Assembly: GCA_044341565.1 (NCBI GenBank)
Contig: JBIIRM010000002.1
Location: forward strand, 1,812 to 65,811
DNA length: 64,000 bases
Direction: 5' to 3'
DNA from: Minisyncoccia bacterium
GTDB taxonomy: Bacteria > Patescibacteriota > Minisyncoccia > SW-4-49-11
The notes under the pieces: model-generated
The model's database searches: none
Seen by the model: the letters and a program-made list of their open reading frames with translations, nothing else
What the model was told of the DNA's origin: nothing
Program-made: the position numbers and the translations under genes
Shown here: piece by piece, positions 57,429-64,000 of the stretch
Position numbering within the stretch: the stretch's first letter is position 1
Layout of the letters: the number at the start of each line of letters is the position of its first letter

Positions 57429-59144
57429 ATGCAATTAGATTTAAAAAAAACATTTGAATTGTTGAAAAATGAATTTCCTGATAAATTTAAGTCAATAGCT
57501 TCTTTTGATACTATAACAGAATCAGAAATTAAAGCCTTTCTCGAGAAAAATTTTACGGAAAAAGAATTAATAACAGTAAATGCTCAAATTTTGGGATTAG
57601 AATTTATAGATTTAGAGAATATTAGTATACCAAAAGAATTATATGATATTTTACCGGTTAATATTATGCAAAGATATACCTTAATTCCTTTTGCACAAGA
57701 AAATAATACTATTTCTATCGCTATTGCTGACCCACAAAATTATACTGCTATACAAGCTCTTAAGTTTATTTTTCAAGAAAAAAAATTATCTTTTGAGTTA
57801 TTGGTCGCAATAGAATCAGATATTAAACGAACTCTCAAAAGAACAGGAACTTTAAAAAATGCAGTTACAGAAAATCTTGAGGAATTTCATCAAAAAAATG
57901 AAGCAGAACAAATACTCCCAGATACCACAGGTATTACAACAGAAAATTTAGAAAGTGCTCCTATTATCAAAATTGTATCTGTTATTATTAGAAATGCCGT
58001 AGAAGGGGGAGCATCAGATATACATATTGAAGGAACTGATGAATCGGTACGGGTAAGATTTCGTGTGGATGGAGTATTACATACTAGTTTGATTTTACCA
58101 AAAGAAGCCTATTCTCCCGTTGTTGCTCGTATTAAAATTTTATCAAATCTCAAAATTGATGAGCAAAGAAAGCCCCAGGATGGAAGATTTTCTATTTTAG
58201 ATAAAGATAAAAAAGTAGATTTTCGTGTATCGACTTTCCCTACCCAATATGGAGAAAAGGTAGTATTGAGAATTTTAGATACTTCGAACGGTATTAGATC
58301 ATTAGAGCAATTAGGATTTATTGGTCCTCGAGTAAACTTGATTCAAGAAGCAATCAAAAAACCATTTGGTATGCTTCTATTAACAGGACCAACGGGATCT
58401 GGTAAATCAACTACAGTTTATACTCTGTTATCACAAATTAATACGGATGATATTAATATTGTGACATTAGAGGATCCAATAGAATACTATTTATCTGGAG
58501 TTAATCAGTCTCAGGTAAAGCCAGAAATAAATTACACCTTTGCTTCTGGACTTAGATCAATTTTGAGGCAGGATCCAGATGTTATTATGGTAGGAGAAAT
58601 CCGAGATGGTGAAACCGCAGGGCTTGCGGTACAATCAGCTTTAACGGGGCATATTGTGTTCTCAACTCTACATACTAATGATGCTCCAGGAGCATTACCT
58701 CGGCTTATTGATATGGGGGTAGAGCCATTTTTGTTATCTGCCTCACTACAAATAGTTATTGCACAGCGATTAGTAAGAAAATTATGTGAGGAATGTAAAC
58801 AAGCAGTTCCCTTAGATGGAAAAGAAAGAGAATATATACAAGAGTCTTTGACTACATTAACTCCCGAATATATCAAAGAAGTATATAATGGTAATTATGA
58901 TACATTATACACGCCTGTGGGCTGTGCCAAATGCTCGGGTGGATTCAAAGGAAGAATGGCAATTTTTGAGGTAGTGGTAATGACAGAGGAATTACAAGCA
59001 ATTGTAGAAAAAAAATTCAATGAAAATGAGGTTTCTGAATATCTTCGAGCCCATGATTATGTTACCCTAAAACAAGATGGTATATTAAAGGTATTGCAGG
59101 GATATCTTTCTCTCCCAGAGTTATTAACAACTATAGAGATATAG
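57429..59144 (+). CDS. pilB: Type IV pilus extension ATPase PilB (GspE family)
   Basis: Start reassigned to the ATG at 57429 (MQLDLKK). T2SSE_N domain, Walker A GPTGSGKSTT, Asp/His boxes, and a tetracysteine motif CEEC...CAKC. Confidence 0.9.
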   Translation: MQLDLKKTFELLKNEFPDKFKSIASFDTITESEIKAFLEKNFTEKELITVNAQILGLEFIDLENISIPKELYDILPVNIMQRYTLIPFAQENNTISIAIADPQNYTAIQALKFIFQEKKLSFELLVAIESDIKRTLKRTGTLKNAVTENLEEFHQKNEAEQILPDTTGITTENLESAPIIKIVSVIIRNAVEGGASDIHIEGTDESVRVRFRVDGVLHTSLILPKEAYSPVVARIKILSNLKIDEQRKPQDGRFSILDKDKKVDFRVSTFPTQYGEKVVLRILDTSNGIRSLEQLGFIGPRVNLIQEAIKKPFGMLLLTGPTGSGKSTTVYTLLSQINTDDINIVTLEDPIEYYLSGVNQSQVKPEINYTFASGLRSILRQDPDVIMVGEIRDGETAGLAVQSALTGHIVFSTLHTNDAPGALPRLIDMGVEPFLLSASLQIVIAQRLVRKLCEECKQAVPLDGKEREYIQESLTTLTPEYIKEVYNGNYDTLYTPVGCAKCSGGFKGRMAIFEVVVMTEELQAIVEKKFNENEVSEYLRAHDYVTLKQDGILKVLQGYLSLPELLTTIEI

Positions 59145-59201
59145 GCAAAATAATAAAGATATGATATTATTAATACAAAATAAGAGTAAATAAACATATA
59201 T

Positions 59202-59582
59202 ATGAAGAATCACATATTATTGATTGAGGATGATAGTTTCATTACACAAATGTATGCTACAAAAATTGATGAATTAGGTTTTAATGTATTTACCGCCTCT
59301 AATCAACCTGAGGTAAAGGATATTCTTGCTAAAAATGGAAAACAAATTAGTTTAATTCTTCTTGACCTTATACTTCCTGATGTGAGTGGATTTGATATAT
59401 TGCAATGGATAAAAAAGCAAGCTAATCTTAAAGATATTCCTGTAGTTGTCTTGAGTAATTTATCTTCTCAGGCTGATATTAATCAAGCTTTTGAGCTTGG
59501 GGCAGTTGATTATATTGTAAAATCAAATTATACTCCTACTGAGGTAATGCGTACGGTACAAAAGTATTTACCAACATCTTAA
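59202..59582 (+). CDS. CheY-like single-domain response regulator
   Basis: ILLIEDD, LILLDLILPDVSG, VVVLSN, DYIVKS. No output domain. Confidence 0.85.
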   Translation: MKNHILLIEDDSFITQMYATKIDELGFNVFTASNQPEVKDILAKNGKQISLILLDLILPDVSGFDILQWIKKQANLKDIPVVVLSNLSSQADINQAFELGAVDYIVKSNYTPTEVMRTVQKYLPTS

Positions 59583-59592
59583 ACACAGATAT

Positions 59593-60666
59593 ATGTCAAT
59601 CGATTTAAAACCAATAATAACACAAATAGTAAATATCAAAGGATCAGATATTCATCTTACTACGGGGAGTAAACCAGTACTTAGAATTAAGAATAGATTA
59701 ATTCCTCTTGAAGATCAGCCGGTATTAACTAAGGAGGTTCTTGATGAATTCTTAAAATCTATTTTACGAGAAGATCAAGTAATAGCCTTATATGCTGGTG
59801 AGGAACAAGATTTTGCCTATACATTCCCTGAATCAAATGCTCGATTCCGTGTAAATGCTTTTATTGCTCAAGCTAATCCTAATCTGGTAATGAGATATTT
59901 ACCATCTGAGATTTTAACCTTTGAGCAATTGGGGCTTCCCTCTGTTATGCATCAATTCTCTCAATTAATACAAGGATTTGTGCTTGTTACCGGGCCAACA
60001 GGTTCGGGTAAATCTACTACATTAGCATCAGTGATTAATGAGATTAATCATACCCGAGATGTAAAAATTGTTACTATTGAAGATCCAATTGAATTTATTT
60101 ATACTTCAGATAAAAGTATTATTACTCAAAGAGAAGTAGGTTATGATACTAAAAGTTTTACCAATGCACTTCAATCATCTTTTCGTCAGGATATAGATGT
60201 TATTCTTTTAGGGGAAATGAGAGATTTGGATACTGTTCAAGTTGCAGTAACTGCAGCTGAGACAGGGCATCTTGTTTTTTCAACACTTCATACCAATAGT
60301 GCTGCCCAGTCCATTGACCGTATTATTGATACCTTCCCTGTTCATCAACAAGGACAGGTAAGATCTCAATTATCTACATCTCTACAAGCTGTTGTCTCAC
60401 AGAGACTTATACCTACTATTAAAGGAGATTTAACTCCAGCTCTTGAAATCCTATTAGCTAATAATGCGGTAAAAAGTCTTATTCGAGAAAATCGAATTTA
60501 TCAATTGGACACTGTTATTGAAACTCATCGTAAAGAAGGTATGATATCTATGAATTTATCATTATTTGATCTTATTCGCACAGGAATTGTATCATTCGAA
60601 ACGGCTTTATTATATTCCCCTGACCCCATTAGTTTGAGGAATATGCTAAAACGATCAACATTATAA
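59593..60666 (+). CDS. pilT: Type IV pilus retraction ATPase PilT
   Basis: 357 aa. GSDIHL, GPTGSGKSTTLAS, ILLGEMRD, GHLVFSTLHT. Confidence 0.9.
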   Translation: MSIDLKPIITQIVNIKGSDIHLTTGSKPVLRIKNRLIPLEDQPVLTKEVLDEFLKSILREDQVIALYAGEEQDFAYTFPESNARFRVNAFIAQANPNLVMRYLPSEILTFEQLGLPSVMHQFSQLIQGFVLVTGPTGSGKSTTLASVINEINHTRDVKIVTIEDPIEFIYTSDKSIITQREVGYDTKSFTNALQSSFRQDIDVILLGEMRDLDTVQVAVTAAETGHLVFSTLHTNSAAQSIDRIIDTFPVHQQGQVRSQLSTSLQAVVSQRLIPTIKGDLTPALEILLANNAVKSLIRENRIYQLDTVIETHRKEGMISMNLSLFDLIRTGIVSFETALLYSPDPISLRNMLKRSTL

Positions 60667-60676
60667 TACATAATAT

Positions 60677-61894
60677 ATGGCAAAATTTAGTTATTTAGCA
60701 AAATCACAAGATGGGAAATCAAGACAAGGATTTATCAATGCTGTTAATGAGGATATTGCTTTAACAGATTTACAATCTAAGGGACTTATTGTTATTTCTC
60801 TGAAAAATACTAATAGTCAATCTTTATTTAAACAAGATTTAGAAATATTTAATAGGGTATCAGAAAGAGAATTAGTAATATTTTCTCGTATAATGGCAAC
60901 ATTTTTAGAAGTACAAATTCCTTTAATTGAAGCCCTCTCACTAATAAGACAGCAGAATAAGAAGAATAAATACTTTATATCAATACTCGATCAATTAATA
61001 GCAGATGTTCAAGATGGTAATTTATTATCTGAGGCAATGGCGAAGCATCCAAAAGTATTCAGCCAATTATATGTTGCTATGACGCGTTCTGGGGAGGCTG
61101 CAGGAGGATTACAAGAATCTCTCTTATATATGGCGGATTATCTTGAGGGGCAATATGATTTGAATAATAAAATTAAGGGAGCTTTAGCATATCCGGTATT
61201 TGTATTATTAGTGTTTTTTATTATTGGACTTGGTATCGCATATTTTGTCCTACCACAATTAGTACAAGTTCTTAATGATTTAGGGACAGATGTGCAATTA
61301 CCTTGGACTACACAACTTATTATATTGGGTTCTAAGCTATTACAACAATTTATAGGAGTTATAGTAGGAGGACTTATACTCTTTGTGGGAGGATTTATAC
61401 TCTTTCTTCGTACAGAGGGGGGTACAAGATGGGCTGATAAATGGAAATTAAAATTGCCACTTTTTGGAGCATTATTTGTAAAATTATATGTAACTCGTTT
61501 CTCTTCCAATATGAACACTCTATTACAGGGAGGAGTTCCTATTCTTACAGCTCTTGAAATTAGTTCAATGGTAGTGGGTAATATTGTATTCAAAAATATT
61601 ATTCAGGACGCTATTAATACTATGAAGGATGGTGGAGAATTATCCAAGGCACTGCTACAGCATAAGGAATTCCCATACGTGGCATCTCAAATTATATCGG
61701 TAGGAGAGAAAACGGGAAAAATGAATTCTGTATTAAAAACATTATCACGATTTTATAAAACAGAAGTAGATAATGTCGTAGCTAATTTAACAGTATTATT
61801 GGAGCCAGTTATGATAGTAGTACTGGGAATAGGAGTTGCAATATTTGTAGTATCTATATTGCTTCCTATTTACAATATAGCAGGTTCAATTTAA
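60677..61894 (+). CDS. pilC: Type IV pilus platform protein PilC (GspF family)
   Basis: 405 aa. Two T2SSF repeats and three TM regions. Confidence 0.9.
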   Translation: MAKFSYLAKSQDGKSRQGFINAVNEDIALTDLQSKGLIVISLKNTNSQSLFKQDLEIFNRVSERELVIFSRIMATFLEVQIPLIEALSLIRQQNKKNKYFISILDQLIADVQDGNLLSEAMAKHPKVFSQLYVAMTRSGEAAGGLQESLLYMADYLEGQYDLNNKIKGALAYPVFVLLVFFIIGLGIAYFVLPQLVQVLNDLGTDVQLPWTTQLIILGSKLLQQFIGVIVGGLILFVGGFILFLRTEGGTRWADKWKLKLPLFGALFVKLYVTRFSSNMNTLLQGGVPILTALEISSMVVGNIVFKNIIQDAINTMKDGGELSKALLQHKEFPYVASQIISVGEKTGKMNSVLKTLSRFYKTEVDNVVANLTVLLEPVMIVVLGIGVAIFVVSILLPIYNIAGSI

Positions 61895-61937
61895 TATATA
61901 TATATATGAAATATATACAGAAGGGGGGTGTAAACAA

Positions 61938-62354
61938 ATGAAACAGTTAAAAAAAGGATTTACACTTATTGAGCTTTTGGTTGTTATTGCTATTATTGGT
62001 ATTTTAGCAGCTATTGTACTTGTCAATGTATCTCAAGCTCGTCAAAAAGCTAGAGCAGCTGCTATTCTTGCGGCTTTGGGCCAGGTTAGAACATATATGG
62101 AGTTAAATGTCAATGCAAATGGTAGTTATCCAGCAGTATCAACTTTAACTAGTATTGCACAAAGCGTTGCAAATAGCCAAGGAACTACATTAACAGGAAG
62201 TGGTGCAAACTCAGCAACTTATCGAGCTTATACAACCCCTAGTAGTACTGGGGCTTGGGGCGCTGGTATTACAGCTATATGTGTGGATAGTACCGGTACT
62301 AGTAAAACGTATACCACGACATTTACTCCGGGAACTGCAGACACTTGTCCATAA
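61938..62354 (+). CDS. Type IV pilin (probable major pilin)
   Basis: [31 protein letters not shown]-rich globular part with a C-terminal Cys pair. Strong SD AAGGGGGG 9 nt upstream. Confidence 0.9.
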   Translation: MKQLKKGFTLIELLVVIAIIGILAAIVLVNVSQARQKARAAAILAALGQVRTYMELNVNANGSYPAVSTLTSIAQSVANSQGTTLTGSGANSATYRAYTTPSSTGAWGAGITAICVDSTGTSKTYTTTFTPGTADTCP

Positions 62355-62445
62355 TTCAAATTACTTTGTATAGATAAGAGATTGTTTAATCTTTTATCTA
62401 TCAAAATAATTGGAATATATTGTGTATAAAGATAAATAGAATAAT

Positions 62446-63276
62446 ATGGATGCAATATATTATATATTAGGAATAATATTTACTTTAGGTTTGGGTATAG
62501 GAAGTTTTTTGAATGTGGTATTATTCAGGATGACTACTGAGAAAAAGTTCTGGAATGGTAGATCAGAATGTATGAGTTGTCATCATACTCTTGAATGGTA
62601 TGAGCTGATACCATTATTCTCTTATATTATACAGAGAGGTAGATGTAGAGAATGTCAAGTAAAGCTATCTCTGCAATACCCTTTGGTTGAATTATTAACA
62701 GCGATACTGTTTACAGGATTTGCTTATTTGTATATTCCGGATTTAATATCTCTGTATAGTTTTACCCCTATACAATATATACGAGGGCTTATTATATATA
62801 TTCTTATAACTCAACTTATTATTGTCTTTGTATATGATTTGCAGTATCAATTAATTTCCGTAATTCAGCTAAGAGCCATACAAATATTAGGGTTAATATA
62901 TTTTGGTATAGACTATTATCAAGCTCGTATTATGCCAGATTCTCTTATTACCGCTTTATTAAGTGCTGGTATTGTATTATTCTTGTATATTATTACCAAA
63001 AAGCAAGGTATAGGTTGGGGGGATGTGGAATTATTTGCGGGATTGGGATTATTTATCCCCTTAATGTGGTTTGTCCCATTTTTCTTTGGGTCATTTGTAA
63101 TAGGAATGATATGGGGAATACTAGTAATGATTATGAATCGCAATTCTTCTCTGAAGCAAAAAATTGCTTTTGGACCAAGTATTATACTTTCATTTGTAAT
63201 AATATATACCTTAATTCAAGTACAGCTTGTACCAAGTACTAATATATGGTATTATTGGATTATATATAATATATAA
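62446..63276 (+). CDS. pilD: Prepilin peptidase (A24 family) with N-terminal Cys-rich domain
   Basis: CMSCHHTLEWYELIPLFSY...GRCRECQ. Polytopic, with GWGDVE and a second Asp-containing motif region. Confidence 0.85.
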   Translation: MDAIYYILGIIFTLGLGIGSFLNVVLFRMTTEKKFWNGRSECMSCHHTLEWYELIPLFSYIIQRGRCRECQVKLSLQYPLVELLTAILFTGFAYLYIPDLISLYSFTPIQYIRGLIIYILITQLIIVFVYDLQYQLISVIQLRAIQILGLIYFGIDYYQARIMPDSLITALLSAGIVLFLYIITKKQGIGWGDVELFAGLGLFIPLMWFVPFFFGSFVIGMIWGILVMIMNRNSSLKQKIAFGPSIILSFVIIYTLIQVQLVPSTNIWYYWIIYNI

Positions 63277-63278
63277 AA

Positions 63279-63764
63279 ATGAAAAAAGGATTTACATTAG
63301 CAGAATTAATCGTATCCATCTCCATTATCACCCTATTATCTGTTATTGGTGTACAGACTTATGTTACTGCTCAGCGTAGCGCACAATTAAAGTCAGATGT
63401 AATAACAGTGACTTCTGCTATTAGACAAGCTCAGAATAGAGCTTTATCTCCTTCTCGAAGTGATTTAACTGGAATAGGAATTGATGATGAGCTTTGTGCT
63501 ATGGGGGTGGAGGTAATTGCACCAAAGACAATTAAAAGTTATTATGTTGTGAAGCCATGTAGTACTACTACTCCCACTTATTATGGTACAGACATAGTAT
63601 TACAAAGTGCTACATTGAAGTCAGGAGGGAAATTTGAATTCAGATTACCTTTTGCTAATAATAGATCCACAGCACAATCAATACAATTAGAATTGCCAGG
63701 ATCAGGAGTGGTGGAAAAAACAATCACTGTTACAAAAGATTCTGGATTAATTAAGGTTGAATAA
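63279..63764 (+). CDS. Minor pilin/pseudopilin
   Basis: MKKGFTLAELIVSISIITLLSVIGV prepilin motif. Confidence 0.8.
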   Translation: MKKGFTLAELIVSISIITLLSVIGVQTYVTAQRSAQLKSDVITVTSAIRQAQNRALSPSRSDLTGIGIDDELCAMGVEVIAPKTIKSYYVVKPCSTTTPTYYGTDIVLQSATLKSGGKFEFRLPFANNRSTAQSIQLELPGSGVVEKTITVTKDSGLIKVE

Positions 63765-63765
63765 A

Positions 63766-64000
63766 ATGAAAAGAGGAGCAACATTAGTAGGAGCAATAGT
63801 AGCAACAATGATATTGTCAATTTCCTTTATAGCAATTTTAGATTTACAGGCAGGTATTATTAAAGCTCAATCTAATAACCAATATGACAATACTGCTAAT
63901 TTATTAATGTCAGAGGGCTTAGAAATAGTAAGAGCCATATATCAAAGTAATCTCAATGATACAGGTACATGGAATAAAGGATTGGCAGATGGTACATATG
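63766..64000 (+). CDS. Minor pilin-like protein (partial, continues beyond the window)
   Basis: ATG at 63766. MKRGATLVGAIVATMILSISFIAILDLQAG is a hydrophobic pilin-like N-terminus lacking Glu5. No stop before the window end. Confidence 0.55.
   Translation, partial: MKRGATLVGAIVATMILSISFIAILDLQAGIIKAQSNNQYDNTANLLMSEGLEIVRAIYQSNLNDTGTWNKGLADGTY

Noticed and set aside
1-64000. Alternative genetic code (UGA reassigned, as in some candidate phyla).
   Set aside because: Long uninterrupted ORFs for conserved proteins are obtained with the standard code. TGA serves as the stop of several well-delimited genes (e.g. 44236-44238, 45122-45124, 46252-46254, 47526-47528).

Overview
The window is a gene-dense, AT-rich bacterial chromosome segment. 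Hand counts of flanking 60-nt lines give 25-38% GC. It uses the standard genetic code, and many neighbouring genes overlap by a few nucleotides. Most genes are housekeeping: ribosomal proteins L32, L28, L9, S16, L25 and L31, plus nusB, rnc, uppP, tpiA, pyrG, two tandem RNase J paralogs, recO, tgt, gltX, prfA/prmC, recG and trmD. There are two tRNAs, a two-subunit 2-oxoacid:ferredoxin oxidoreductase, a Znu-type metal ABC importer next to a two-component pair, and two coiled-coil peptidoglycan hydrolases. An envelope-glycan locus (Wzz-like, O-antigen-ligase-like, several glycosyltransferases, DUF4012) and a complete type IV pilus cluster (pilM/N/O/B, CheY-like receiver, pilT/C, pilin, pilD, minor pilins) next to comF are also present. 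This gene content fits a streamlined Patescibacteria/CPR-like monoderm, but that placement is inference only.

The outstanding anomaly lies at about 44.3-48.0 kb, inside the glycan locus. It is a run of five monocistronic units encoding secreted or membrane proteins. Three of them (44813-45124, 45256-46254, 46395-47528) have high-GC coding bodies; single 60-nt lines count 52-73% GC. Each is nevertheless bracketed by a host-style AT-rich TTGACA-N17-TGnTATAAT promoter and its own intrinsic terminator. One of the three has the hallmarks of a Gram-negative outer-membrane beta-barrel.

Other points worth a second look:
- a pilin-headed seven-blade beta-propeller gene flanked by a duplicated gene-end-plus-promoter segment
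- a 452-bp unit with its own terminator that splits a response-regulator/histidine-kinase pair
- a tRNA-like acceptor/T-arm minihelix after rpsP
- a degenerate RNase J paralog

No CRISPR array, transposase, integrase or rRNA was seen.
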